Assembly: GCA_050309605.1 (NCBI GenBank)
Contig: JBNRMN010000021.1
Coordinates: forward strand, 46,743-110,742
Length of the DNA: 64,000 nt
Reading direction: 5' to 3'
Origin: Anaerohalosphaeraceae bacterium
GTDB taxonomy: Bacteria > Planctomycetota > Phycisphaerae > Sedimentisphaerales > Anaerohalosphaeraceae
In this document: one piece after another, positions 9,084-19,329 of the stretch
How the letters are laid out: every line of letters starts with the position of its first letter
Numbering within the stretch: the first letter of the stretch is position 1
Notes under the pieces: generated by a model
Database searches by the model: none
What the model saw: only the letters and a program-made list of their open reading frames with translations
What the model was told of the DNA's origin: nothing
Position numbers and translations under genes: made by a program

Positions 9084-10634
9084 ATGAGAACCTGTAAGGT
9101 AACCCAACGCAGGGGCGTGGCCCTGTTTGCGGCATTGATTTTTATCGCCGTTTTTATGGCAGCCTCGGCGGGGATGCTGGCGATGTCGTCGCAGAATACG
9201 CTGGCCGCAGCCAATCTGCAGGCCGGCAACCTGGCCCGTTCCACCGCTGAATCGGGACTGGAAGTCGTGCGGTACTGGCTGAGCCAAACCGACGTTGAGG
9301 CCGATTCGCAGGAGGCGTTGTTTGCCCAATTGGCCGACACATTGAAAGCGTCGGTCGAAAACATCACCGACGAGAATTTCATTTGGGATAACGACGGAAA
9401 TTTGACGGGCCTTGATATTCCCGGCGTTGCGTTGCAGAGCAATCAAAGCGGCGTCCTTCAATCGTTTGATGCCGAGATTCGTTATGATCAAGCAAATACG
9501 ATCACAATGACCGTCACCGGGCGCACCGTCACCGGGAACAACAACATACTGCGCAGGCTTGAGGTGCAGTATAAAATGGACCCTGTGACCACCCAGAGCG
9601 AAACCGAACCCGAACTGCCTCCTTTGTCGCCTTTGTTCGGCTATGGCGTTGCCAGTAAAGGGCCTATTTCGATGACCGGCAACACGCTTGTGACCGGCTA
9701 CAACCAAGCCTCGGAAGGATCGATTTTTGTTGAAGCGTTGAACAGCAGCCAGACGTTCTCCATCAACGGAAGCTGTACCATCTCCGGCAATGTCAGCATC
9801 GCCAACCCCAACCATACCACGGTTCAACTGGGCGGCAATCCCTGGATTGACGGCAGTGCGGTTCAGCCCTGGTGGCCCTTTAACCCCAACAATTTTACCG
9901 AACAGGAAATCAACGATCGCGGCGTGTATGTCAACACCACAGGCGTGGAGTTTCCCCGCCCCAATCCTCAGCAGTTTCGCCAGTACGCCACCGGCCCTGA
10001 AATCACCAGCTCGATGAGCGGCGTCTATACCCTGGACAATGCGGTCATCAAAGCCGGAACCAATCCCACGTTTACCGGCGTTTATGAAATCCGCGGCGTT
10101 CTTTATATTGAACAGCCCAATACAGTCACATTTGGCGGAAGCTGTACGATCAGCGCGATTATTGTGGCCGAGGGCGACCACGAAAACGCCGACCCCGCGA
10201 ATAACAAAATCACGTGGAGCGGCCATGTGACCAATAACAATGTTCAGAATTTACCCGATGAGGCCCAATTTGCACAAATCCGCCAGCTTCAGGGTATGTC
10301 TGTTTTGGCGCCCGGCTTTGAGCTGAATATCGGCGCGACTTACAATGCCTATGAACGGTTCCACGGATCAATCGTCGGCAACGGGATCAAATTCACCGGA
10401 GACCCAACACTGATCATCAACGGCACAGTGATCAATTACAGCGACGACCCTATGACGATGGGGGGCAGCTCGAAATTATATTTTGACAACAAGGATATCG
10501 ACTCCTGGCCCGTGGGGTTGCTGCCCGAAGGCTTTGACGATCTGGAAGGCCAAACGATCGAAACCACGACCTATCGCATTCAGTATAACCCCGCGTCCTA
10601 CAGGGAGATTCCCACCTGTCATCTGCAGCAGTAA
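9084..10634 (+). CDS. PilX-like N-terminal domain protein (large minor pilin / adhesin-like)
   Basis: RRG|VALFAALIFIAVF prepilin-like N-terminus, A..AESGLE PilX-type motif, G/N/T/S-rich beta-type C-terminal region. Confidence 0.7.
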   Translation: MRTCKVTQRRGVALFAALIFIAVFMAASAGMLAMSSQNTLAAANLQAGNLARSTAESGLEVVRYWLSQTDVEADSQEALFAQLADTLKASVENITDENFIWDNDGNLTGLDIPGVALQSNQSGVLQSFDAEIRYDQANTITMTVTGRTVTGNNNILRRLEVQYKMDPVTTQSETEPELPPLSPLFGYGVASKGPISMTGNTLVTGYNQASEGSIFVEALNSSQTFSINGSCTISGNVSIANPNHTTVQLGGNPWIDGSAVQPWWPFNPNNFTEQEINDRGVYVNTTGVEFPRPNPQQFRQYATGPEITSSMSGVYTLDNAVIKAGTNPTFTGVYEIRGVLYIEQPNTVTFGGSCTISAIIVAEGDHENADPANNKITWSGHVTNNNVQNLPDEAQFAQIRQLQGMSVLAPGFELNIGATYNAYERFHGSIVGNGIKFTGDPTLIINGTVINYSDDPMTMGGSSKLYFDNKDIDSWPVGLLPEGFDDLEGQTIETTTYRIQYNPASYREIPTCHLQQ

Positions 10635-10653
10635 GTCGCCGAACGATTCTGCA

Positions 10654-10682
10654 TTGCAAACGGCGGGCTTTTCGGGTATGGT
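10654..10682 (+). promoter_or_regulatory. Putative sigma70 promoter at the head of the redox/beta-propeller cluster
   Basis: TTGCAA-17 nt-TATGGT, 40 nt upstream of the ATG at 10722. Confidence 0.45.
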
Positions 10683-10721
10683 GGCATCGCAAACACGGAT
10701 GCCTTATCGGGAAAGACTGCC

Positions 10722-12038
10722 ATGCGAATCGTACAATTGACGCCGGGATCGGGTGATAATTTTTATTGCGAAAACTGCCTGCGCGATTTGGCGCTGGTGC
10801 GGGCGATGCGTCGTTTGGGACACGAGGTGACCCTTGTGCCGATGTATTTGCCGCTTCAGATTCGCAACCCCGAACCATTACAGTCCGCCCCTATCTTCTT
10901 TGGGGGCATCAATGTCTATCTCCAGCAGAAACTCGGCCTGTTTCGCAAGGCCCCGATGTGGCTGGACCGCTGGCTGGACAGCCCGCTGCTGCTGCGGCCG
11001 ATTGCAAAACTGTCTTCGATGACCCGGGCACGCGATCTGGGTGAAACCACCATTTCGATGCTTGAGGGTGCAAACGGACGCCAGAGAAAAGAAATCGAGC
11101 GACTGTGCGACTGGCTGAGGAGTCTGCCGGATCAACCGGATATGATTTTGCTGTCCAATGCGCTTTTGAGCGGACTGGCTCAGCCGCTTCGCGAAGCATT
11201 GGCTCGTCCTGTCGTCTGCCTGCTGCAGGACGAAGACGGCTTTTTGGACGGATTGGGGCATCCGTGGGCCGAGCGTGCCTGGCAGGTACTCCAACAAAAT
11301 ACCTCCGATATAGACCATTTTATCTCGGTCAGTCGCTACTTTGCGGATGTAATGGCCGAACGGATGGGGCTGGATTCGGAGACCCTCACAGTCATTCCGA
11401 CGGGCATTGAGGTCAATGACTTTACCCCCGCGGCCGAACCGCCCGACAAGCCGACCATTGGCTTTCTGGCTCGAATGTGCCACGACAATGGGCTGGATAT
11501 CCTCGTCAATGCGCTGTTTATGCTGCGTCGGGATGAGCGGTTTGCGCAGGCTCGGCTGCTTGTAACCGGCGGCAGTCTTCGCAGCGACGCCGTTTTTCTG
11601 CGCAAAGTCAGACGCCGAATCGAGGCGCTGGATTTATCGGATTATGTCCTCTTCGAACCGGACTACACCGGTACGGCACGAAAAAAATTCCTGAACCGTC
11701 TGTCGGTCATCAGCGTACCGGCACGTAAGCCGATGGCGTACGGTTTGTTTGCCATTGAGGCGATGGCCTGCGGCGTGCCGTTCATTGAGCCGGACGCGGG
11801 CGTATTTTCTGAACTGGCCCGCCATGGCGGAGGCGCTGTTTATGCTCAGAACAATCCGGTGCATTTGGCCGAGATGTTGAGGGATGTGCTCAGCGATCAG
11901 GCACGGTTTGCGCAATTGCGGCGCCGTGCCAGAGAAACGGCCGAAACGATCTTTGATATTGACCATACCGCCGCTCAAATGGCGGCGTGTTTTCAGACGG
12001 TCATCGGTCAGGCGCATCACGCCGCGACAAATGAATAA
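10722..12038 (+). CDS. Glycosyltransferase family 4 (GT-B) protein with N-terminal CxxC
   Basis: LGHEVTL, ISVSRYFA, VIPTGI, IGFLARM, YGLFAIEAMACGVP; FYCENCLRD at the N-terminus. Confidence 0.85.
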   Translation: MRIVQLTPGSGDNFYCENCLRDLALVRAMRRLGHEVTLVPMYLPLQIRNPEPLQSAPIFFGGINVYLQQKLGLFRKAPMWLDRWLDSPLLLRPIAKLSSMTRARDLGETTISMLEGANGRQRKEIERLCDWLRSLPDQPDMILLSNALLSGLAQPLREALARPVVCLLQDEDGFLDGLGHPWAERAWQVLQQNTSDIDHFISVSRYFADVMAERMGLDSETLTVIPTGIEVNDFTPAAEPPDKPTIGFLARMCHDNGLDILVNALFMLRRDERFAQARLLVTGGSLRSDAVFLRKVRRRIEALDLSDYVLFEPDYTGTARKKFLNRLSVISVPARKPMAYGLFAIEAMACGVPFIEPDAGVFSELARHGGGAVYAQNNPVHLAEMLRDVLSDQARFAQLRRRARETAETIFDIDHTAAQMAACFQTVIGQAHHAATNE

Positions 12039-12056
12039 CGGGATAACGGGGACGAA

Positions 12057-12737
12057 ATGCTTGAATTAAATCATATCAGCAAACGTTACGCCAACGGCGG
12101 CGATGTCGTCGAGGTCTTGCGGGATGTTTCACTGCGGGTCGAGTCGGGACAAACGGTCTCGATCGTCGGGCCGTCCGGAAGCGGCAAGAGTACCCTGCTG
12201 AATCTGATCGGCGGACTGGATCGTCCCGATGACGGGACGATTGTTCTGGACGGCGAAAATCTGGCCGGTCTTTCCGATGACGCGCTGGCGGCAGTACGCA
12301 ACCGCAAAATCGGTTTTGTGTTTCAGCTTCATCATCTGCTGCCGCAATGCACGACGCTGGAGAATGTGCTGCTGCCGACACTGGCGACGCGCTGCAGTGC
12401 CGCGCAGCGCAGGACATTCGAGCAGCGCGCCGAGGCACTGCTCGAAAAAGTCGGCTTAACGGACAAGCACCACAGTTTCCCCGGCCAGCTCAGCGGCGGC
12501 CAGCGCCAGCGCGTTGCGCTGATTCGGGCTTTGATCTGTCAGCCCCGGATTGTGTTGGCGGACGAGCCGACCGGTTCATTAGACGCCGAGGCCGCCGAGC
12601 AAATTGCTGAATTGCTTATCGCGCTGAATCAGACCGAAGGGACGACGCTGATTGTTGCCACTCACGCCCTGCCGCTGGCCGAGCGAATGGAACGGCGGCT
12701 TCGGCTGGATCGTAAGCAACTAAAAAAACTCGCTTAA
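12057..12737 (+). CDS. ABC transporter ATP-binding protein (LolD/MacB-type)
   Basis: GPSGSGKST, IGFVFQLHHLL, LSGGQRQRVA, LADEPTGSLD, ATH. Confidence 0.93.
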   Translation: MLELNHISKRYANGGDVVEVLRDVSLRVESGQTVSIVGPSGSGKSTLLNLIGGLDRPDDGTIVLDGENLAGLSDDALAAVRNRKIGFVFQLHHLLPQCTTLENVLLPTLATRCSAAQRRTFEQRAEALLEKVGLTDKHHSFPGQLSGGQRQRVALIRALICQPRIVLADEPTGSLDAEAAEQIAELLIALNQTEGTTLIVATHALPLAERMERRLRLDRKQLKKLA

Positions 12738-12765
12738 TTGGACTGTCACAATAATACGGAAATCC

Positions 12766-15700
12766 ATGCGGTTCGGTAAGGTGTTAACTCGTTCTATTCG
12801 GTATTATCGGCGAACGCATACGGCGCTGATTTGTGCCGCGATGGTGTGTACCGCCGTGCTGACCGGCGCCCTGCTGGTAGGCGATTCGGTGCGGGCCGGG
12901 CTGGAGCGACTGGCAGCCCTGCGGCTGGGACGGGTGCAATACACGCTGCTTGCCGGAGAATACCCCTTTCAAACCGACCTGGCCGAACGCATCAAACAGC
13001 GTACGGGCTATGAGACCGCCGCGGTGCTGATGACCGACGCGACAGTCGAGACCCCCGATGGCTCGGTGCGAATTCATCGAGTTCGTATGCTCGGCGTCGA
13101 TGAGGCCTTCTTTGCCCTGGGTCATTCTGAACCGTCCGACCGGGTCGTGCTGCCGGCAATCAATGAAGCGCTGCGTCGGCGACTGGGCGCATCGTCGGTC
13201 GATTTGATCGTGCGTCTGGACGATCCGTCGGCGTTGTCGCGCGATTTGATCTTTGCCTCTGATGAACAATCACGCCGAACGCTGCGAATCAGCATCAACG
13301 GCCTTGTTCCGGATGACTCACTGGGGCGATTCAGCTTGCAGGCCGACCAGCAGGCGCCGCTGAATGTCTTTGTGCCGCGTTCGTGGCTGGCCGGACAGCT
13401 TGACCTTGAGGGACGCGCCAATCTGCTGGTTGTTTCCGCCGCGCCTTCGGGTCCCTCATCGGCATCGCAATTGGATCGCGCTCTGGCGTGCGTGGTTCAA
13501 CCAGAAGACTTCGGCCTGGAATGGATTGAGTATCCGAACAACGGAACGATTGAACTGCAAAGCATGCGGCTGTTTATTCCGGACCATGTCGGTCAGGCCG
13601 CCGTGCAGTGCGGCCGCGGCCCGCTGCGTGTGTTTTCGTATTTTGTCAACCGTCTTTCGCACGGCACTCGGGCTGCGCCTTATTCGATGGTCGCCGCCCT
13701 CGAAGGAACAGACCGTGCCGATTTGTTTGCAACACTGGGCGACAACGAAATCATCATCAATGAGTGGCTGGCCGACGACTTGAACGTCGAGCCGCGCGAT
13801 ACGCTGCAAATGGATTATTTCGCCATCAGCCCGACCCATACGCTGATTGAACAAAGCCGGACGTTCCTTGTCCGTCAGATCGTGCCGATGCTCGGTTTTG
13901 CCGCCGATGCCACGCTGATGCCGCCGTTTCCCGGCTTGGCGGATGCGGAAAATTGTCAGGACTGGGATCCGGCGATTCCAATTGATCTGAATCGGATTCG
14001 CGATAAGGATGAGGCGTACTGGGACCGTTATCGCGGCACGCCCAAGGCGTTCATCTCGCTGACCACCGCGCAGGATTTATGGCGCAATCGATTCGGCAAT
14101 CTGACGGCGATTCGCTGGCCGATGGCAGACAATACGGTTGAATCGCTGGGCGAGGAGCTGGCCGAGGTGCTGGAGCCGGCGTCGCTGGGGCTGTTTTTTA
14201 TCGATGCCGCCGAGCACAGTCGGCGCGCCGGGGCCGGATCGACGGATTTCGGGGGGTTGTTTGCCGGACTGAGTCTGTTTTTGATATTGGCCTGTGTGGT
14301 GCTACTGGCGTTGATTTTTGTGTTTTCTCTTCAACAGCGCAGCCGTCAGGCGGGGATTTTGCTGGCCATGGGCTGGACGAAAGGCAAAACAGCCCGGCTG
14401 CTGCTGGGCGAGGGCGCATTGCTGGCGCTGCTGGGAACTGTCGGCGGCACGATGCTGGGGGTTGGCTATACACTGGCGATGATGGCGGGTTTGCGAACGG
14501 TCTGGCAGGACGCAGTGGCCGGGGCAATGCTGCGGTTTTACGCCAATCCTGTCACATTGGTTATCGGCGCGGGCGCGGGTTTTGTGGTCGCCATCGGCGC
14601 TATGGGGTGCGGCCTTCTCGTCCATTTCAAGAAGACACCGATTGACCTGCTGTCTTATACCCCCGCTGTTATTTCCGGAACATTTTCGACTGCCGCACGA
14701 ATCATCCGGCTGGTGCTGTTGGCGGTTCTGGCGGCGGCGTTGATTGGTTCATTTTATTTGCTTGATTCGCTACTCCGGCCTGAGCTGTTTTTCTTTATGA
14801 ACGGCAGTCTCTTGCTGCTGATCTTGATGCTGTGGGCCGCGGAAATGATGCGTACCGCGGCTGTGATCCGCAAAACACCGTCCCGTTCGTCTCGGCTGAT
14901 TGCCAAAAACATGATCCGGCGTCCCGGCCGCAGTCTGGCGGTGATGCTGACGGTGGCGTGCGGGGTATTCATCGTGCTGGGTGTTGGACTGAACCGCCGA
15001 AGTCCTGCGCGTTATGCTGAACGCGATTCCGGTACGGGCGGATTTGCCCTCTGGATCGAGACCGCCCTGCCGATGGCCAAAGTGCCCGATGCCTCGTTTG
15101 TCGGTCAAGTCGCCCACGCTGCAAACGCATCCGACGACATCGCAATAGTCGCTTTGCGGCAGCGCCGCGGCGACGACGCCAGTTGTCTGAATCTGAACCG
15201 CGCTCAAAATCCGACACTTTTGGGCGTTGACCCCGACGAATTTGCCCGGCGCGGAGCGTTTTCATTTCGCAGCGCTGAGCCAAGCGGGCCATCACCCTGG
15301 ACATTGCTGACCCAAACCCTCGATGATGGTATGATTCCGGTCATCGGGGATCATGCCACGGTGTATTGGGGACTGGGGCTGGATTTGGGCGATACCCTTG
15401 CGGTACAGGATGACCGGGGACGAGAACTTCATCTGAAAATTGTCGGTATTTTGAAAGAATCCGTCTTTCAGGGTCGTCTTCTTGTCAATGAACGGGATTT
15501 TATTGAGCGGTTCCCGTCGGAAAGCGGGTACACGGTCTTTCTGGCGGAGTCCGACTCCGATAAGATTGATACGCTGACCTCGGCGTTTTCGCGGCAGCTT
15601 GCCGATTATGGCGCGGAAGTAGTTCCGACGAGCGATGTGCTTCGGGACTTTTTGCGGGTAGAAAACACCTATTTAACTATTTTTCTGGCATTGGGCGGAC

Positions 15701-16044
15701 TGGGACTGATTCTCGGCAGTGCCGGCGCGGGATTGGTGTTGCTGTTTAACGTGATTGATCGACGCGGAGAGCTGGCGATGATGCAGGCAATGGGCTTTTC
15801 CAAGGCCGTCCTCAATCGGCTGCTGCTGGCTGAACACATCGGTTTGTTTGCCGCCGGGGTCCTGGTCGGCGGGCTGTCGGCCATTGTGGCGGTGCTGCCT
15901 GCGGTTCAGTCCGCAGGCCTGGGAACCCTGGCCACGGCGCTGCTGCTGACGACCGTGGTTTTATTAAGCGGATTTGTCTGGGTTTGGTTCGGTGGACGGA
16001 CGGCGATGAAACACAACCTGTTGGACAGTTTGCGAAACGAATGA
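12766..16044 (+). CDS. Large FtsX/MacB-type ABC transporter permease (duplicated permease)
   Basis: 1092 aa; two large soluble domains each followed by TM bundles with QRSRQAGILLAMGW / RRGELAMMQAMGF motifs; follows the LolD-like ATPase. Confidence 0.85.
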   Translation: MRFGKVLTRSIRYYRRTHTALICAAMVCTAVLTGALLVGDSVRAGLERLAALRLGRVQYTLLAGEYPFQTDLAERIKQRTGYETAAVLMTDATVETPDGSVRIHRVRMLGVDEAFFALGHSEPSDRVVLPAINEALRRRLGASSVDLIVRLDDPSALSRDLIFASDEQSRRTLRISINGLVPDDSLGRFSLQADQQAPLNVFVPRSWLAGQLDLEGRANLLVVSAAPSGPSSASQLDRALACVVQPEDFGLEWIEYPNNGTIELQSMRLFIPDHVGQAAVQCGRGPLRVFSYFVNRLSHGTRAAPYSMVAALEGTDRADLFATLGDNEIIINEWLADDLNVEPRDTLQMDYFAISPTHTLIEQSRTFLVRQIVPMLGFAADATLMPPFPGLADAENCQDWDPAIPIDLNRIRDKDEAYWDRYRGTPKAFISLTTAQDLWRNRFGNLTAIRWPMADNTVESLGEELAEVLEPASLGLFFIDAAEHSRRAGAGSTDFGGLFAGLSLFLILACVVLLALIFVFSLQQRSRQAGILLAMGWTKGKTARLLLGEGALLALLGTVGGTMLGVGYTLAMMAGLRTVWQDAVAGAMLRFYANPVTLVIGAGAGFVVAIGAMGCGLLVHFKKTPIDLLSYTPAVISGTFSTAARIIRLVLLAVLAAALIGSFYLLDSLLRPELFFFMNGSLLLLILMLWAAEMMRTAAVIRKTPSRSSRLIAKNMIRRPGRSLAVMLTVACGVFIVLGVGLNRRSPARYAERDSGTGGFALWIETALPMAKVPDASFVGQVAHAANASDDIAIVALRQRRGDDASCLNLNRAQNPTLLGVDPDEFARRGAFSFRSAEPSGPSPWTLLTQTLDDGMIPVIGDHATVYWGLGLDLGDTLAVQDDRGRELHLKIVGILKESVFQGRLLVNERDFIERFPSESGYTVFLAESDSDKIDTLTSAFSRQLADYGAEVVPTSDVLRDFLRVENTYLTIFLALGGLGLILGSAGAGLVLLFNVIDRRGELAMMQAMGFSKAVLNRLLLAEHIGLFAAGVLVGGLSAIVAVLPAVQSAGLGTLATALLLTTVVLLSGFVWVWFGGRTAMKHNLLDSLRNE

Positions 16045-16079
16045 AAAAACAACATTCTTATTACTGGAAATCCTGACAA

Positions 16080-17777
16080 ATGAAGGCAGAACACCGTCCT
16101 CAAAAAACGGACTCGGTCGTCTTTGAGCCAATGCCTTCGACGGTTCAGCCATTGAGCCGTCGAGATTTTTTACGTCTGGGGGCCATTGGCGCAGCCGGGA
16201 CCTTGCTGGGACATCTTCGGCCGTCTGTCGCTGCGCCGGCTGATACCGTCTCATTGCCCGATCGGCCCCATATTGTGCTGATTATGTGCGACGATATGGG
16301 GTATTCGGATCTGGGCTGTTATGGCGGTGAGATTCATACCCCCATTCTGGACGGCCTGGCGGCCAATGGGGTGCGGTTCACGCAGTTTTACAACGCGGCA
16401 CGCTGTGTGCCGACACGCGCGAGCCTGATGACGGGGCTTTACCCGCATCAGGCAGGGCTGGGACACATGGTCAACGACCGCGGGCATGACGGGTACAGAG
16501 GCCGGCTCAACGACCGCTGCGTCACCCTTGCCGAGGTGCTGCGCCAGGCGGGCTATCAGACCTTTATGAGCGGCAAATGGCATGTTACGCCCTATGATTA
16601 TGCCAATCCGAAATCGACGCTGGATCGGGAAAGCTGGCCGCTTCAACGGGGCTTTGACGAGTTTTTTGGGACACTTGCGGGGGCCGGCAGTTTTTACGCG
16701 CCCGTTTCGCTGATGCGCAATAACGAATTCATCGCGCCGGGGGATGATTTTTACTATACCGATGCCATCAATGACCAGACCGCCCGTTATATCCGACAGG
16801 CAGACAAGAATCGTCCGTTATTCCTGTATGTCGCGCACACCGCCCCGCATTGGCCGCTGCACGCGCCGGAGGAAACTGTCGCCAAGTATGCGGACACCTA
16901 TACTGTCGGCTGGGATGCGATTCGCCAAGCACGGTACAAACGGATGGTCGAGATGGGAATTATTCAATCCGATTGGCCGCTGACCGAACGGGACAGTCGC
17001 GTGCCGCCGTGGGATGAGGTTGAGCACAAAGACTGGCAAGCAGGGCGCATGGCGGTACATGCGGCCATGGTGGATGTGATGGACCAGGGTATCGGCCGCA
17101 TCGTCGAGGCACTCAAAGAAACCGGACGTTTTGAAAATACGCTGATCCTGTTTTTGTCGGATAACGGCGCTTCCAATGAAGTGATTCAGGGTCAAAACAC
17201 CCGTCATGGACAGTTTGCCCGCGGCGGAACACGTCCTGATGTGATGCCGGGGCCGCCGGATACGTATGCGTCGTTCGGTATCCCATGGGCAAATGCGTCC
17301 AACACGCCGTTTCGGCTTTACAAAAAGTGGATTCATGAAGGCGGTATTGCCGCGCCGCTGATTGCCCATTGGCCGGACGGCATTCAAGCACGCGGCGAAT
17401 TGCGTGCCGACATAGGACACATTATTGACATTATGGCCACCTGTGTCGAGGTCTCCGGCGCGACCTATCCGGCTGAGCGTAATGGCGTATCGGTGCTGCC
17501 GTGTGAAGGGCTTTCGCTCGCGCCGGTCTTTGCCGGAAAACCGCTTCGGCCGCGAGCGATCTTTTTCGAGCATGAGGGCCATCGCGCAGTGCGTTATGGG
17601 CGGTGGAAACTGGTTGCCGAGCATCAAAAGAACTGGGAGCTTTATGATATGCAGGCCGACCGAACGGAAATGAACAATTTGATCGATAGACATCCGGAGC
17701 TTGCCTCGTTAATGGAAGCACTTTATGAACAGTGGGCCAAACGCACCGGCGTTCTGCCCTGGCCTGTGCAAGGCTGA
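16080..17777 (+). CDS. Tat-exported arylsulfatase (formylglycine-dependent)
   Basis: SRRDFL Tat motif, DDMGYSD, CVPTRASLMTG (CxPxR), GKWH, SDNG, EGGI; the start could be 16131. Confidence 0.92.
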   Translation: MKAEHRPQKTDSVVFEPMPSTVQPLSRRDFLRLGAIGAAGTLLGHLRPSVAAPADTVSLPDRPHIVLIMCDDMGYSDLGCYGGEIHTPILDGLAANGVRFTQFYNAARCVPTRASLMTGLYPHQAGLGHMVNDRGHDGYRGRLNDRCVTLAEVLRQAGYQTFMSGKWHVTPYDYANPKSTLDRESWPLQRGFDEFFGTLAGAGSFYAPVSLMRNNEFIAPGDDFYYTDAINDQTARYIRQADKNRPLFLYVAHTAPHWPLHAPEETVAKYADTYTVGWDAIRQARYKRMVEMGIIQSDWPLTERDSRVPPWDEVEHKDWQAGRMAVHAAMVDVMDQGIGRIVEALKETGRFENTLILFLSDNGASNEVIQGQNTRHGQFARGGTRPDVMPGPPDTYASFGIPWANASNTPFRLYKKWIHEGGIAAPLIAHWPDGIQARGELRADIGHIIDIMATCVEVSGATYPAERNGVSVLPCEGLSLAPVFAGKPLRPRAIFFEHEGHRAVRYGRWKLVAEHQKNWELYDMQADRTEMNNLIDRHPELASLMEALYEQWAKRTGVLPWPVQG

Positions 17778-17849
17778 TCGATTGAAAGGCATTTAACGAA
17801 TGCGTGTTAAGACGCTGTTTATCAATGGAATACGGGCCGGTCTGAGACG

Positions 17850-19247
17850 ATGAAGCATACGATTGGATGGATGATACCCACCCTTGTGGCGGCGGCGGCG
17901 GCGTGGGCGGTGATTGACTGGATACAGCATTTCCACACCTTCAGCGTTGAGCCGCGGGTGGAAGGGATGGACGGACGTCCGGAGGCTGCGGCGGTCACTG
18001 AGCAGCCGCTTGATCTGACCGGAACGCTGGAGATGTTCGACGGCGTGCCGTCGGCGATTACGGCAAGCTGGCCGGGCTTTCGCGGTCCAAACCGCGACGG
18101 GGTGTGGGACGATGCGTCGTTCACACCAGCCGAATCGTGGCCGAGCGACGGGCCGCCAGAATTATGGCGCGTCGAAGCGGGCGAGGGGTACGCCGGGGCG
18201 GCGGTCCACAACGGGCGAGTCTATCTGATCGATTATGATATGGACAACCAGCGCGATGCGATTCGCTGTCTGTCGCTGGATGACGGACGCGAAATCTGGC
18301 GTTATTCCTATCCGGTCGTGGTGCGGCGCAATCACGGAATGAGCCGCACCGTGCCGGCGGTCAACGATGATTATGTCGTGACCATGGGGCCGAAATGTCA
18401 TGTGGTGTGTCTGGATGCCAAGACGGGCGAATTCAAGTGGATGATCGATCTGATTCGCGAGTACGGTACGGTTGAGCCGCTCTGGTATGCCGGACAGTGT
18501 CCGCTGATTATCGATGACACGGCGATTATCGCGCCGGTCGGGAATGAGATATTGATGATGGCGGTGGAGCTGGAAACCGGCACTGTCCGCTGGCAAGCGC
18601 CGACCTTTGACCGCTGGCAGATGACGCATACGTCTGTTTTGCCGATGCGGTTCGGCGACACTGAGGCGTATGTCTATTCGGCCAATGAAGGGATTGCCGC
18701 GGTATCGGCTCATGACGGCTCGATTGTGTGGAAAACCGATGCCTGGCGTCTGCGCATCGGTATCGCTTCGCCGATTGACGTTGAACAGAATCGCATTTTT
18801 ATCTGCGGCGGATACAATAAAGGCTCAATGATGCTGCAAATCGAGCAACAGGCGGATAACTTTGAGCCGCAGGTTTTATATGAACTCAGGCCGGAGGTCT
18901 TCGGTTCCGACCAGCAGACGCCGATTTTTTATGAGGGCGTCATTTACGGGGTTCGGCCGGACAAGCAGTTGGTCTGTATGAATACAGACGGCTCCATCCG
19001 GTGGACAAGCGGGCCGGAAAACCGCTATGGATTGGGGCCGTATATCCTTGTCAACGGCTTGATATATATTCTAAATGATGACGGGGTTTTGTCTTTAATT
19101 CGGGCCAATCCCGACCGCTTCGAACGGCTGGCTCAGGCCAACGTGCTGGACGGTCATGAAAGCTGGGGGCCGCCGGCGTTTGCCGCGGGACGGCTGATTG
19201 TGCGGGATTTGACGACAATGGTCTGTCTTGATGTGTCGGCTCAATAG
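17850..19247 (+). CDS. Membrane-anchored PQQ-like (BamB-like) beta-propeller protein 1
   Basis: N-terminal TM, WPGFRGPNRDG, repeated CLDAKTGEFKW / AVELETGTVRW blades. Confidence 0.85.
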   Translation: MKHTIGWMIPTLVAAAAAWAVIDWIQHFHTFSVEPRVEGMDGRPEAAAVTEQPLDLTGTLEMFDGVPSAITASWPGFRGPNRDGVWDDASFTPAESWPSDGPPELWRVEAGEGYAGAAVHNGRVYLIDYDMDNQRDAIRCLSLDDGREIWRYSYPVVVRRNHGMSRTVPAVNDDYVVTMGPKCHVVCLDAKTGEFKWMIDLIREYGTVEPLWYAGQCPLIIDDTAIIAPVGNEILMMAVELETGTVRWQAPTFDRWQMTHTSVLPMRFGDTEAYVYSANEGIAAVSAHDGSIVWKTDAWRLRIGIASPIDVEQNRIFICGGYNKGSMMLQIEQQADNFEPQVLYELRPEVFGSDQQTPIFYEGVIYGVRPDKQLVCMNTDGSIRWTSGPENRYGLGPYILVNGLIYILNDDGVLSLIRANPDRFERLAQANVLDGHESWGPPAFAAGRLIVRDLTTMVCLDVSAQ

Positions 19248-19329
19248 GCAAAAACTTGCATTTTGACGCCTATAGTAGAACCAAGCAAGTTATAGGACAA
19301 TCTGACTAAGCATAATCCTGATCCATCGG

